DNA of 63,849 bases, the filler included, from Reclinomonas americana ATCC 50394 (Eukaryota): assembly GCA_048213135.1 (NCBI GenBank). It is 11 parts of 11 records of this genome, joined end to end, with 100 filler letters (N's around TTAATTAATTAA, not from the genome) between each part and the next. Parts side by side here need not be neighbours in the genome. Positions count along the whole stretch, not along the records: positions 21,055 to 26,927 come from AFZH01018160.1; positions 27,028 to 43,369 come from AFZH01018161.1; 9 more parts are not named here. The stretch is one strand, 5' to 3'. Position 1 is the stretch's first letter, and each line of letters opens with the position of its first letter. Below are positions 25,676 to 39,924 of this stretch, piece after piece. Position numbers and translations under genes: made by a program. The notes beneath the pieces were generated by a model that saw only the letters and a program-made list of their open reading frames with translations, ran no database searches and had not been told where the DNA came from.

Positions 25676-28600
25676 TGGGCCTGAGCATCGACTCGCTCTG
25701 TCCTCCTGAACATGGTCCCCACCTGTCTATCAGACTTCATTCTGCTTCTCTCAATCTTTCCAATTCCTGACTATCTGCATTCTTCCGCCACGCATGCCTT
25801 TCATTCTGCACCTCTCTCATCTGTCTGTCTCACTCCATTACTCTCTTTCTTCTGTGTGCATTGCCTCTCCCATCCATGTCTCCCTTCTTCCTTTCTCGCA
25901 GGTCCTGCTGGTGTGGATTGGCATTGTGCCCCTGATGACTGCCATTCTCGGCCGTGTGCTGGTCATTCGAACCAGTGCAGTGCTGCTCGCCACCAGTCCA
26001 CTTGGTGGCGGCTCGTGGGACGCTCTGGCCTTTATCGAGCAGCTGTGCAGTTTCGACGAGGTGTGGGCCGTTGTGGAGAGTGCGGTGTCGCCGCTGTCGT
26101 GGCCTTTGCTCCTCGAATCCGAGTTGTGTTGTCGCACGAGAGTGCACTGCTTTGAACAGCGCCGTTTTCTGACTCGTCGCGCAGACACTGGAACATTGTG
26201 TGGAACTGGTTCCTTGGATTGCTGGCGTGCATCGTCATGGTGTGCGTGCCGCATGCGTACCACAATCTGTGTGCCAGTGTACGCAAGAACCTGGCCGACC
26301 TGCGCGATCGGCAAGCCCAAGGCGCGGGTGCGGGTGCCGACGCTGATCGTGCATTCGTGTTGCTGCAAGCGGAGAACAACAACAATGTCAATGTCAACAA
26401 CGATGCTGACGGGGGTGCTGGAGCGCCGGTGGACGACGAGGAGCAGATGGAAGACAGCTTGCGACGCTTGGCGGCGTACAGTTGCGTGAACATTTGTTGA
26501 AGAAGGGCCGTGACATCGAAACTCTACTTTATGTTCATTTCTGTCCAGTTTGACTCTCCTACTTGCTCTTGTCTTATTGCCCAAATTCTCTCTCTTTGTC
26601 GCCGTCGCTGCGCTGATCTCGATTGACTTTGCTGCTTCCATCCTCTCCCCGTTTCACACTTGCCCCTTTCCTCACCCTCCTAACCTCTACCATTTCTCAG
26701 TCCTCTTCTCTGTCCATTCAATCCGCTCTCTTCGCCCTCCCCTCTCCTCTTCTGTTTCACATTCCCCCCTTTCCTCACCCTCCTCGTCTCTACCCTGTCT
26801 CAATCCTCTTCTCTGTCCATTCCAACTCTTCACCGCCCGTCTCCTCGTCCCTCACCTCGCCTTTCCCCTCTCCTGTCGCTCACTTCCATTCCCTTCCTTT
26901 CTTCTCCCTCACCGTGTCCCTCCTCACNNNNNNNNNNNNNNNNNNNNNNNNNNNNNNNNNNNNNNNNNNNNTTAATTAATTAANNNNNNNNNNNNNNNNN
27001 NNNNNNNNNNNNNNNNNNNNNNNNNNNAGTGGGCTTCACCGGCAACCCCCTGGCCATCCCGCTGCGCGCGACCACGAGACTCCTTCGCACCGCCCTGTTG
27101 ATGGTGTTTGTCTGTGCCGTTCCGCTGGTGCTGGGCTCGGTGGCGTTGCAGTTGAGTGGTGTGGAGCTGCAACCGCGCATGGCAAGCGGTGGAAGCGCTA
27201 TCGGCCGCGCCAGGGAGCAGCTGTGGATCGTGTTGCCGACGCTCTTTGGGCTGGTGCTCTTTGTGACTGCGGCTGCCTCGACGTGGCTGGTACGTACATG
27301 CGTGTACATCTCCGCTCGAAATAACAAGCGTTTCCCTCACCCGCTTTACAGTTCGGTTGTCTGCTTTTGCGCTTGTTCGGCTCGCCGCCCGCCGATCCCA
27401 ACGCACCACTCAGCAAGCTGCAGCGCGCATACATTCGCGTCACCTCTGTGAATTCGCGCATGTGGCAACACATGCAGTTGACGCTGCACGTTGTCAAGGT
27501 GTGTGCGTGCACCTCTCAGTGGTGGACACTGAAATGAGTGCTCATTGGATCCGACTACAGTTGGCCGTGCTGTCGGAGCTGTACTTTTTCGTGCGACCTC
27601 TGTTCTGCGGGTTCGTGGTGCACTTGGCCGTCAACGCCACACTGCGGCCTGCCGGCGGATCGGTGCCCGGAGCACCCACCCTGGCCGACGTTGCTGCCAA
27701 CCTGCGTCTGACATCGTCGTTCGGGTTCACGAATTCGTTCAATCTGGTCGACACGGTGTTCCACACGTGTCTGTTGTTGCGTCGCTGCGAGTTGACGTCT
27801 TGCTCATTCTCTGAGGAGTCATTGCTCAACCGCGGCTACGCAGGCACATATTGTGGGGCACAATGTTCCTCTCCGTTGTCAACTTCCACTTGTCGGTGGT
27901 GCGCGGCATTCTGCGCGACGGCATTCTCACGCCGCTCTTCCGGAACCCGGAGGTGTGCTTGAAGTCGCATTTCATTCAGGTGTGTGCAGCACGATGGAGT
28001 TGGGTGTGGGCGTGAGGAAGAGAACAGCGACTGATCTCACTCATTTGCAGCATTCGTTGCTGTTCTCGCTGCGTCGAATGGCGATACACGCAATCGGTAC
28101 CGTACTGCTCGGCTTCCTGGCGGTGTACCTGCCGTTCCGCGTTATGCGGTCGGTGCGTAAGCGTCCGCGACTTGAGTGTGTCCGTCGTTGACACTCCTGC
28201 TCTCTTGCACCTCCATGTCACCACTCAGTGCCAGTGCTCCGTTCGTCTTTCTGTACGTCAACTCGCATGACGACGCCAGTGCACTTCTTTCCACCTTTGT
28301 GCAATTACATTCATTCGTTGCCACACATTCATCTACGCACTGTAACTCCTCTTCGTTGCTTCTGTCACTTCTTGTATCAGGTGCTCACTCTGTTTCCCCT
28401 GTCATCCCCCATGTTTCTTCTCTTTTCTCTCCTTCCCCCTCCATTCCTTTCCTTCCCCCATCTTTCCCCTCTTTCCTTTTTTCCCCCCTCCTTCCCCTCC
28501 TTCCGCAATCTTTCCTCTCTTTCCCCTCTCCCGTCCTTCCCATCCCCCTCCTTCCCCCATCTTTCCCCTCTTTCCTCTCTTTTCTCTCCTTCCCCCCTGT

Positions 28601-31487
28601 GCTACCCTCTTATGATATCAACACAGATATTCCCATCTCTCGGCGGCTTCCCAGACTCGCTGTCGGCCTCGTATTCGGTTCGTTTGGTCAAAGGGTTTCT
28701 TGAATGAGTCATCTCGCTTACGACTACGTCTGTGGCAGGATGTGGTCACCTTGTGGTGCGTCTGGCGGGCCATGTGTGACCGCCTGCCTTGGTTCCTCCA
28801 TCCGCGACGAATTCTGCGAGTTGCGTTGTCCCCTCTCATCTTCATTTCTTCCTGGGCATTTATCACCCGCCCCCTCCATACATCGCACTGCATCGCCCTT
28901 CCCATCGTATCCTCCTCATTATACCTCGCACCACACCTCCGTAGCACCCGTTCCTCTCCATCCCTCTTCCTGTCTTTCTCATCCTCCTCATCCCGCACGA
29001 TGCTTCTTTGTTTCCTCATTTCTCACACCTCTTTTGTCGCCCCCCTTTCATTGCCTCCTCCTCGTTCCCCACACTGCATTTCCGTTGTCACTAGGCATCT
29101 TCCACAAATGTTCCCCTCGTTCCCTCGTCCTCCTCGTCTGTCACGGTTCTTCTTCTGTCCTCGTTATCACCCGCCCTCTTTCCTCTCATTCCCCCTTCCC
29201 TTCCCTTCTACCCCTTCTCCTTCCTCCTTCTCCTTACCCCTATCCCTTCCCCATCTCCTTCCCCTTCCCCCTCCTTACCCTCCCCCCCACTCAGGTCATC
29301 TACGACCTGTGGCTGCGCGGCGCGGCAACCTCGCTCGGCCTCAGCGATTACTTGCTCGATGCGGAAGCGTCGCGCGCCGGTCGGCGGCGTCCACTGGACG
29401 AGATCACCCTCGGTCGCTGCCGCGTTGCGTAGCCTCATCCATTCACCCTTCACCCCCTCACACCAATTTTTATAACTTGTCAGGGTTGCGCGCAGATTGT
29501 CATCTTGTTGATGCTTGCCGCTCCTGTCCTGTTGCTGCTCCAGATCGTGCAGCTGATTGCACCATGTTGCGTGTACGCCATTTTCGCGCAGGATTTCTCT
29601 CTCTCTCTCTAATTGGTGCCTCACACAGTATACGCCTCCTGGTCATTTATTCGCATGCCGGTGCTCGCGCCGACCATGACGGCAGTGGTGTCTGGCGACT
29701 CATTATCGTCGCCAGGGGCGGCTGCTGCTGCGGCGGCATCGCCGGCAACCTCGACGGCATCACTCTCTACTGGCATTCCCATGGCTCACTATTCCGGTTT
29801 GTGGTGTCGAATCGCGATTTCTTTTATGCAACTGCGCAGCGCTTCTCACCGGCTCTGGGTTAGGCGTCTCGGCATTCCTGGTGGGCATGGGATTCATCAC
29901 GGCCGTCGTTTTCATGGTGCAGCTAGTGGTACTCACTCTGTATCGCCTCGTGCGCGACGTGTGGAGGGTGAGTACTTGGACGTGGATTGCCAGAGTGTGT
30001 GTGCTGAGTATGTGTCGTGCGCCAGAAACTCCGTCGTCCACAGGCGAGGGCGTCGAATCCTCCCGCGGCCGCGCCTGTGGGTGCACCGGATGCGGCAGTG
30101 GCACCCCCTGCTGCGGTACCTGCCGCTGCTCCTGCTGCTGCTCCTGCTGCCGACGTCGCCGCTGCGCCGCCGGCGGTGGAGCAGGCAGGCGATGCCGTGG
30201 TGATCGATCCGGTCAATGGCGCAGATATAGTCCCGCTGGTGGCAAATGCACTGGCCGCGGTTGCCGACGGAGCAGCGGCGGTCGATGAACACGTGCTGGC
30301 ACCTCATGATGATGATGTTGATGCGGCTGTGATCGATGATGCGGGCCGTGTTGTTGTTGCCGATGCCGACCCTGTTGCTGCTGTGAGTGGCGCGCGCTCA
30401 CGCTTTTTTTCTCTGTGTTTCTCTCACTGCATGTGTGTACTGCAGCCTGTCGTGCCTGTGCTTCCCGAAAAGAAGCCTGGGATCGTTGTGCGTGCCGTTC
30501 GCTTTGTCCAGAGAGTTGAGTTGTCCTTCCTCAACTTTCACCTTCCTTCTCCGTTTCCGTTTCCCTTGTGCGCTCACATGCTGCGGTGCAGATCATACAC
30601 CGGCTGGTGATTATGCTGCTGTGGGACGTGGTGTGTGGGTTGCTGATGGGCGAGTGCATTGTCAACCACTTGGTGCTCGTCGGCGTGGCCGGCCGCAACG
30701 AGGAAGACGCATTGTTCTATCTCGACGACTCCGACCCCTCCATCTTCAGGTTCCTGAGGCCGCCAGATACCGCTTCCCTGGTTTGTGTGATGCCATGGGC
30801 ACAGAGTTCCACGCCGACTGACTTGCGATGGTGCAGCTCGTCTACGTCAGCGCCGCGTTCCTCGCCGTGGCTTTCCGCGCCGTGGTGTACGCCCGAGTAC
30901 CCACCTTGCAAGCCAAGCTGCTGATGGTGCGCATGTGTACTCGTGGCATCAGTGTCTGCATTTTTTTCACGCTGTGCTGAACCTGCCTCGTCCCGTCAGT
31001 TGCGCGACACCGAGGTTTCGTTGTGGCGCAAAATCCGCGAGGTCATGTTGCCGTTTGCTGCGCCGTGGTGCCTGGTCCACACGCTGCCGTACGCCCTCGT
31101 GCTGCTCGGCGTCTTGCCGAATGTGGTGTCCTCGTCCGGGCATGTGATTGCGGCCTGGACGCCTTCCGTGTGGTCGTTGCGTACACCCCCGTCTCTCTTC
31201 TCCGACCGCAACTGACGAGTGGTGCTCGCCGCAGTGAGGAGACTCTTGCCATGTTCCGGCAACAGGAAGGTGCAATTCCACCAGAGCTGGTGTACCGCAT
31301 CGCAGAACATGCACTCCTCGTGTTGTGGCTCGTCGGAGCCATGACAGCGGTGGTGTTGCGGCAGATGCACGCCAGGATTCGCGACCATCTCTTCCTGGTC
31401 GGCACCAAGGTCAGAAACTACCAACGAGCGCCCCCAGTCGAAGGCCAGCATCCACCAGCGGCAGATGCCGGTGCGCTGGTCCACTGA
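24745..31487 (+). CDS. MARCHF6: RING-CH multi-pass ERAD E3 ubiquitin ligase (MARCHF6/Doa10 family)
   Basis: Spliced RING-CH CRFCRGPDEE-GWSLLHPCKCTGTIQWIHEQCLRE-WLDMTKKRKCELCDHEY, then PVYADGAPEQL. Many TM segments, a GLSDYLL motif, and C-terminal RIRDHLFLVGTKVRNY. Confidence 0.88.
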
Positions 31488-31616
31488 ACATATGTGTGTG
31501 CAGGATGGAGGAGGGGCGAGGGGCGAGAAAACAAAATGTACATTTGTGTGACTTTACATGAATCCGACAAACACGGCAACTGTTGACAGGTTTCTTGCAC
31601 ACGCACACGCACACAA

Positions 31617-34600
31617 ATGAGACGATCGCCTCAGGTGACCTTCTACCTGCGCGTGTGGTGTGTGCTCGCTCCTCTCACGTGCGCGTGCACACACACAGAG
31701 AGTGCGATATGAGCCGCAGAGGCGTCTTCTGATGAACCAGCACGAGGTGCGGAACGCGTTTCTTGCGGAAGGCCAGCAGCTCGCGGAGATGATGTTTCCC
31801 GGAGGTGGCACTCGCCGACCTCCGCCACCTCGTGCAGTTGGTAAGAGAGCGAGAGAGAGAGAGTGAGAATGTGATTTCTTTGCTGATCTCTGTGTGTGTG
31901 TGTGTGTGTGTTGTTCAGAACCTCGTCGTCCGCCTGCCAGTGCGGCCGCCGAGATGGACGAGTTGCGCGCGTATGCCGCCGCCTACAAAGGCGCAGTGAT
32001 TCCACTCTTGCAACATGAGCAGCGACAAGATCAGTGGGAACGTGCACCTCTTCCGCTGCGACCACTATCACAGAGGACGCCCACTGGCGACACTGTCAAT
32101 ACTCCACCGGCACTGCTGCCACCGAATCCTGCACGATATGAAGAGAGAACAGGTGTTGTGTCTGTCTGTGTGCTGTTCTCGTTCTCTTTGGCGAGTGCGT
32201 GTCGGTCACAATGATGTTATGCAGACGCACACCGGCAGCGCGATGATGCAGTCGCCAGGTTTCCATCCGCACACTGCCTCTCTGTTGTGTGTCTTTGTGT
32301 GTTCTCATTGTCGCTCGTGCAGTGCGTACGCATATGCCATGCCCGGCGATACTGTCAGACAAGCGTGCGTCGAGGAAGTCGTGTGTCGGAGAAACGCAAT
32401 GGCTTGTTGATTCACACATGGTGCGCGCAGTGACCCGGAGTACGCTGCTTTAGTGGCCACGTTAGCTCGTACCACGATTGGTCGGGCACAGGAAAGGTTT
32501 GGTTCGAGTAACGCGGTGTGAAAACGCGGTCACTGACGGCAGTTTTCGTGCGCAGCGATGACAAGTTTCGGCCACCCGTTGTCGACTCTGTGTTGCGTAC
32601 GCTCCCCTCTGTTGGAAGTCTGTCTCCTCGTTGCCTGACCGGCCAGCACTGTTGCCGCTACAGGCGTCTCCGACAGCATGCGATCGATCAGGACGCTCTC
32701 AAGGCGCAAACGAGGCAAGTTTATTCGCCACCCGCCCTCTCGCGCTGGTGACGTTGACTGACGCTGTGCTGTGTTCACAGAGACTATGTTACGCCAGATG
32801 GGTACGGATTCGGCTTTGGTGTGTCTCCAGAGTGGCGTGCAAATTGTTGACTGTTCATGGGTACATTCGCAGGCCGGCCACGTCGCACTTCGACAAGGAG
32901 AAGGCAGATGGGTCTGTCAATCGAGCGCCGAGGGATGGCGCACGTACGCTTGTGGCGGAAGCCGACCCTCGCAGGGATGCACTTGGAGCTGAGATCGGTG
33001 CAGCTGACGCCCTGCTGCGCGAGGAATTCGGTACCTCAGCGCGAGGTGCACCGGGAACCGCTTCTCGCACCGAGACACCAGGAGCTCCATTGCGCGGTGT
33101 TTCCACCACTGCATACGGCGCGCCGGGATATTTCCCTCGTAGGGAAGGTGATTACTCAGCGCGCGGTGCTCCAGCAGCCGCTTCTCGCACGGAGGCACCA
33201 GAAGCCCCGTTGGGCAGAGCTGCTTCCCCGACTGCATACAGCGCGCCGGGATCTTCACCTCGCAGGGGAGTTGATTACTCAGCGCGTGGTGCCTCAGCAG
33301 CCGCTACTCGTACCGAAATACCAGGAGCTCCGTTGGGCAGTGGTGTGTCTCCAACGACGACGTATGGCGCACGGGGATCTCCCCCTCGCAGAGAGTATGT
33401 TGCCTCAACGTACGGCGCACCGGCTGCCAGTCGCACGGACATCGCTGCAACTGCACAGCATGCACCGATCATCCCAGAGACGTACGATGCAGTGCAGGCT
33501 CGATTTCGCAATGCATTAGCTGCTCACGATGCGATGGAAGCCGCCGCCGGTGCCGGTCGAAGCAAGGTTTCGACGACCGGCTACTACGCGCCGGAAGCCG
33601 GCGGTCGGAGAGATATCTACGGTGGCGGGTACAGCGCAGAGGAGACCGCCCCTACACGGCCATCACCAATGTCGCCACCACGTCGACCCGCACCTTTACC
33701 AAGGTGAAGTGTTCTTCACACACTCCCGCGCATGCTGTCTCTCACCATCTCCTACCATCAGTGCCCCTTCGGTGCACGTCCCACCGCTTCAGTCGTATGC
33801 GCCAGAACCGGCGAGGTGCGTCGCCATTTTGTGCTTTTTGTTAGGTGGCGTGTGTACGTGCCTCACTCATCTTGGCCGATGGGATGCAGGGGACGTGAAG
33901 CCGCTGCACGGCATGTGGAGACCGTTGACACTCGGGGCGCATATGCATAGTTGCGTACACGAGTGCACCCGCGCGTCGCTTGTGTCGTCCGTGTCTCACT
34001 TAGCTATTGTGATATCGTGTCAGCGACCGTCGATCACCTGCTGGCAGCTACGGACATTCGATTGCCGATGTGGAGCACATTCGAAAGGCACAAGAGCAAC
34101 CGTACTTGCCAACCCCGCGGGAGTCGCCCACTGTCGATGACTGGCGAGGAGAGCGAAGGCAAGTGGCAATGGACGGGTAGTAGTACGGGTTACGTCGACA
34201 TTGACATATGTGGCTTGCAGAGTCGAGCAGCCCGTCGCCAATCTCTACTCTGCTGGAATCCGGTGCGTTTCGGATAACTGTGCGTGCAGAACCCATGCTA
34301 TCTGTCATTCATTGACTGCATATCGTGCAGTCATCAACCTGCCAGTGTCCGCATTACGACCGTCGGTACACGAACGCCTGCAAGGTGACTTGTCGCTCGT
34401 TGTGATCGCCTTCCTTCATTTGCTGTGCCACTTGTGGTTGACATTGCCGCTCATGTAGGTCGAAGGACGACGCTTTCACTGTCGAGGCATTGCAACAACG
34501 GTGCGGATGCTCACCAGCCGTGTACTTTCTCGTTGCAGCACGCTCACTTTGTTTCATCATCTGTGCAGAAGTGCGGCCTCGCGAGAAGGGCGGACGGAGG

Positions 34601-35702
34601 CAGCTGACGCGCCACCCGGAAGACGCTCCAGGCAAGCGCCTGTATCCTGCACTTCGTCTCATTGGCACAAGGACTCTTACGCACGCACACACGGCGCAGG
34701 TCGTCGGCCGCCGCACCTGGTGCACAAGGGGGTCTGACAGCGCGGGCACCAGCTCTGCGACCCGCCTTGCCGTTCGAAATGCAGGATCGAAGTGCCAAGA
34801 CTGCGCGCTCTGCACCCTCGAATGGGTACAGAGCCACCATCAGACCTCCAAACTGCCAGTTGACTGTGAACATTGTTCGAGGCGACTTGTTTGACGACGC
34901 CCCTGCCACTGTCGCGAGATACATTCCCATCCCGGTACGCCATTTGTGCATGTGTCGGAGTAATGTTGATGTGCTCCGCTGAAGGCAGAGGGGTGTGTGC
35001 ACCGACAGGATTCGGGCAGTCGTCTTCCGGATACCGAGCGTGGTCTGTACGGGGTTGCACGGGCGAAAGACCGTGTGTTTGCGTGCGTATGCATTTGATT
35101 CGTGACTCGCGGCTTTCGCGTGTGTGCCTTACCAGTCTGTTTGCGTTTGTTGCAGCAAGAGTGCGGACGCCAAGATGCAGGACATGCTCCGAAAGTCGGT
35201 ACGTGCAGCATGTCAACCGTGCTAGTTGCATTCATCGTGTTTATCGTCGCGTGTAGTCTCTGGAAGTCGTCGGAGCTCGGTCAAGAAGATACTTGTTGGT
35301 GAAGCAGGACCAGGGGTTGGTGAGTGGTGGTGATGCAGACTAAACCATGTAGATGCGATCTGCACTTACTCTCTTTCGTTTGTGGTTGGTGCAGCCTGAA
35401 GATGCGCTGAAGACTGCGATTCTAATTGCCAAGAGAGGCGGGTATAGCGAGGTAGCGTTCCCGGCTATGTGCACCGGTGGTCGCAATGGGTGAGAGACAA
35501 AGTATTTCGCTTGGCGAGGCAGATCAACTTCTGACATGCGCGCAGGTTGTCAATGCGGGAGTCTGCCAGTGGCATGGTGAAAGGCCTGCGAGAGGCCATC
35601 AAGAAAAGAGTATTCGATGACTTCCAATTCCTCATGTTCGTGTACGTGCTTGAGCAAGAGGATTTCAACGTGTTTTGTGCAGTCTTTGACACCCTCCCGT
35701 GA
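31617..35702 (+). CDS. Long low-complexity Pro/Arg/Ala-rich protein with C-terminal degenerate Macro domain (multi-exon)
   Basis: Chain of in-phase exons from MRRSPQ|RVRYEP. The end reads LTVNIVRGDL...ALKTAILIAKRGGYSEVAFPAMCTGGRNGLSMRESASGMVKGLREAI...FLMFVYVLEQEDFNVF. Some middle junctions were not verified. Confidence 0.6.
33036..33440 (+). repeat. Coding tandem repeat of about 120 bp (40-41 aa), 3 full plus 1 partial copy
   Basis: SARGAP-x-A-SRTE-x-PGAPL...TAYGAPG-x-SPRR-x-x-DY units start near 33036, 33156 and 33279. Confidence 0.85.
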
Positions 35703-35710
35703 GATGCTCG

Positions 35711-37498
35711 TCAAATAAACGTTCTGTACTGCTCTTTCGCCAGTACAGCGGCCATGATCTCGGAATGCTGCCGCTGATTGGCCTTGAGAAGATCCCTGCG
35801 CAAGCCACTGTTAGCGATCAAACTGCTCACGACAACACGCTGCACAACGCGTGCGTGCGCAACTTGACACCATACGCTCGCGATCCCGAGTTGGTGAGCA
35901 CGCGCAGAAATGTCTCCCACACGTGCTCAGGTGACTCGGACTGCTCCAGCAGCAGCATGGTCTCCAGCACCTGGAAACGATGGAGCGGTCGGCGATAAGA
36001 ACAGAGTATGTGCATGATTGAGAAGGTGTGACGCACGCTGCCAAGATTGTTGGGGTCCACCACGCGAATGCACTCCACCGCGGCGGCTCGTTCCGATGGG
36101 AAGTCGAGGCGACGAAGAATGCGTGTCACATTGGCACTGGTGAATTTGTGAAGCCGTGCAGTTCTCTCCAGCAACTCCAATCGCTCTCGCGGCCTGTTGG
36201 CAAGCACGTGAGCGGCACGAAAAACTGGAAGCGACCGCGCCGACACACGCTCGGAAGCGTAACATGGTGACTTTGGGAGCGCGACTATCGTCCAACGAGA
36301 GCAGGCTGCCGCTCGTCTCCAAACGCGTGCCAAACAGCGCATTGGCGAACCTCTCGAACGACAGCGGATGCATTGGCGCACCGACATTTTCGAGCACCGT
36401 CCACGCCTGGCACACGAGATGAGTGTGACGCGAGGGAGCTCATGATCAGAAGGCACAGTGCACGCGCAACTTCGGCCTGCACATCGACCGCAATCGACGG
36501 CAGCACACGCGGCAGGTTCTCGGGGTCAATCACCAGCGCTCCCCAGCACAGACAAGTAGCGACCTGCAATTCCGAGGTGGCGGCAGACGGCGCTCGGCGA
36601 GGGACGCTAAGGAGAAGCAAGGACGCGGCGTCAGAAAGAGTCAAGAGGATCGCAGCCAGCTGCACTCACCGCTCGGCGAGCACGACTGCGTTGTCTGTTG
36701 GTCTGCGGCACACCAACAATACAACGCAGCGGTCAGACACGACGATATCGCCACAAGCACAAATGAGCAGTCGCACCTGGTTATCGCAGTTGCAGCGGCG
36801 TCGAACGACGGCGTTCTGCATATGCACGCAGATATCATCAACACACTGTGAGACTGATGAGCAGCACAGGTCGACAAACCTGGCATCGACGGCCGGCGTC
36901 GTAAAGCTTGCCGTTGGCCTGCCGCCGATCGATACATGTGAGAATCAAAAGTGACTGCAAGCGCCCCACTCGAACGCACCATGGCTGCGGCGACCCGACC
37001 TCCGGCGACTGGAATCCCTCTCCACTGTCCAACGAGTCGCCATCGGTGCCGATGACGGACGATCGCGGTGGCGTTCCCGACGACACTGGACCAGCAGCAC
37101 TGCTGCTGCCGCTCGCCGACGGCCCCAATCGCGACGCTGCGGCCTCGACTCGTCCCTGCTCATCATCGTCGTCGACAAAGGGCGCCGGCGATGCCGATGG
37201 CGACGAGTGAGGCAAGCTGAGCGCGGCCAGCAGCTCGGCCAGCTGCGCGGCAGTGATCATTGCATCGTTGGCGCGCAACGACACGTTCTCGGCCAGTCGT
37301 CGCACTTGAGCGCGATTGGACACTGTGCGAAAGTGCTCACGAATGTCTGCGCGCGAACCGACGACCAGTGAGAAAGAGAGAGACGAAGAGAGTGGAGCAA
37401 AAGAGCGCGCGCGAACATTCAAACTCGCTCTGCGTGATCACTGGCGGCGGTGGTGGTGGCACAAAGCGCAGTCGCGAGATCGACTGGTGGCCTTGCAT
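35711..37498 (-). CDS. Protein with DUF4476-like helical repeats (multi-exon)
   Basis: RLELLERTARLHKFTSANVTRILRRLDFPSERAAAVECIRVVDPNNL plus a second unit, CVQLAAILLTL...VIDPENL, resemble the F-T-x-x-Q-V...F...VD-x-x-N pattern. Confidence 0.55.
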
Positions 37499-37756
37499 CA
37501 ACGGCGTGCGCTCCGTCTGTACGCGTGTGAGAGAGACAACAAGAGAGCGACAGAGACAGAGAGTGGTGCGACCTTGTGCAGCTTTGTCGCACGCTCGCCG
37601 TTCTGCTTATCGCCACTTGCACCGTTCTCATCGTCTTCGCTGTCGTTGCCACCGCAACGACAGCAGCAACAGCGAGCGCCCATCAAACACCGACACAGAG
37701 GAAGAGGAAGAGGAAGACGCACAGGACAAAAGATCCTCGCGCTCTTCTTTTCCATC

Positions 37757-38917
37757 ATGGCCGCCGCAGCAACAGTGAGCATCGACGATGCAGTGGCAGT
37801 GAGAGAAGAGACACCATCTGTAATGATGCACTTGGTGGTGCTGCAACACGGACTGCAGGGCCACGCGTCTGATCTCGCAGCAGTGAGCAGCATGCGCACT
37901 CTTGTCTCTCTCTCTTGTGGCGACTCACTCGTGCTCTGCTCAGTTGGCTGCGCGTTTGGATCTGGAGCTGGCCACACGATGCGCTGCTCGCAACGAGCAA
38001 CAGGCGGCCGGTGAACCGCGACATGAGTGGTCGATAGTTGAGTGCACGAGTCACGCAAGTGAGTGAGTGAGAGCAGTGGCGTTGACTGCGCGAACGCACA
38101 GGTGAACAGTCGTGTGAATGAGAAGCACACACGCGAGGGCATTGAGAACGGCGGACGGCGACTGGCTGATCTGGTCAGCTTCCTCTGCTCATTCCCCCTC
38201 TGCTCCTCCCAGCACAACTTAAAGACTGTTGTCACAGATCCAAGAGCACATCGAGTCGCTGTTGGTGCGCAACTGCGCGGTGCACTTGACTGTTGTCGGC
38301 TACTCGCTGGGTGGAATGTTTGCGCGGTTTGCGCTGGGTGAGCTGCTGGAGCGCGGCCTGTTGACACGCGTCACGCCGATTGTTGCGTATGGTGGAAGCT
38401 GGTGGGATACTCTGACGTGCACTCACTGCGGTGACATTGGTAGGGCTTTGTGTCGCTGTGCACGCCGCATCTGGGCTCGCGTCGACCGGCGCTGGGTCGT
38501 TTCTGGAATGTGGCGGCGGTGCTGGCGGCCAAGTATGCGCTTGGGCGCTCGGGGAAGGAGCTCATGTTGGAGGATAAGTGGCGCGACACGGATCGGCCAC
38601 TGTTGTATGCGGTGAGTGTTTGTTGTGTGAAGATTCTCAGTCTCTGGCCGGCTGCTCATGTGTGCTCTTCGCAGATGACGGTCCCTGGTGAGGGTTTGGA
38701 GGGTGATCGTGCTTGTTGAAGTGGCTCCTGACTCTTCTTCTCGGCGCAGATTCTCCGTACATGCGAGCGCTGGCCATGTTCCAACATCGCACACTGGTTT
38801 CCAATTGGTGGGCATGCTTGACATGGCAGGCTTGGTTATCACTGCTCCTTACCTCGCTTCTCATTCTTTCTCCACTATGTCATCGAGAGCAGTGTCGCGT
38901 TCACTGGGCCTCGTTCA

Positions 38918-38950
<33 letters not shown>

Positions 38951-39915
38951 GCACTCGCCCTCACTTTTTCTTCCAGTTGTCAAGCTTTGCCTTCTTCTTT
39001 CTTCCTGTCTCTCTCTCTCCCGCCCCTTCCTTCCCCTGCTCCTCACGCTCACATACCACAGCCACTACGACGTGCAAGTGCCCTACTCCACCTCTGCCAT
39101 CCGCCACCACAACCCGTACCCGCGACCCGATCGCATGTTCAAACGCACCACATGTCGTGTGGTCGGTTTTCACGGATTCGCAGACACGTTCCATCCAGGT
39201 GCGTGACCTCCAACCGTGCTTCATCACCCTCACGCGCCTCACTGACCTCATTCTACGCACAGGGTTGCAGCAACACTGCGCGGAGAATGAGTCCATCCAC
39301 ACAATGTTGCACGAGGATCCACCACACGATCCCGATCATCCCGAATACGTGGTATGTGCCGGTGTCGCACGCGAGTCACTCTCCTGTCATTCCATTCACC
39401 GTGTGTAGGTCGACAACACTGGCGAGGTGTCATACCAGTTGCGCATCTTTCTTCCGTGCCATTCCACTCTTTTGTTTTCTCACCGCCACCTGCAGTCCCG
39501 CGATGCTGCACAACCTTCGTACGCACCTCACGTGGAGACGACTCGGTGAGTGGCGCGCGGCACGATGAGAGACAGTGTGGTGTCTCACCACTACAGTCAC
39601 TTTGCAGATGCCGAAATTAACAGTCTACTGGCGCACTACATCCTCGTCGGTAACCGCAGACTGCACACACGTGCGGTGGCTCGGCACGGAGTCGAAGACG
39701 TATTCCTGGGCCTGATGGCGGAGATCATGTCCACCGACCACGATCTCGACGTGGCAGGGGCGGCACCGAGCGCAGCCGTCGATGTCGCCGGGGACGAGGT
39801 GTTTCTCGGATGTGTCGTTGATGAGGAGGAAGGAGAGGAGGTGGTGGGAGACGAGGAGATGATGATGCTCGAAGAGGGAGAAGAAGAAGAAGAAGAAGTG
39901 GAAGAGGATTTGTGA
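37757..39915 (+). CDS. DUF676 alpha/beta-hydrolase (ROG1/FAM135-like putative lipase)
   Basis: Motifs HLVVLQHGLQG, T.EGIENGGRRLA, nucleophile elbow GYSLGG, FVSLCTPHLG, GRSGKELML, ALAMFQHRTLVSN and YDVQVPYSTSAI. Confidence 0.9.
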
Positions 39916-39924
39916 AAAAATGTA

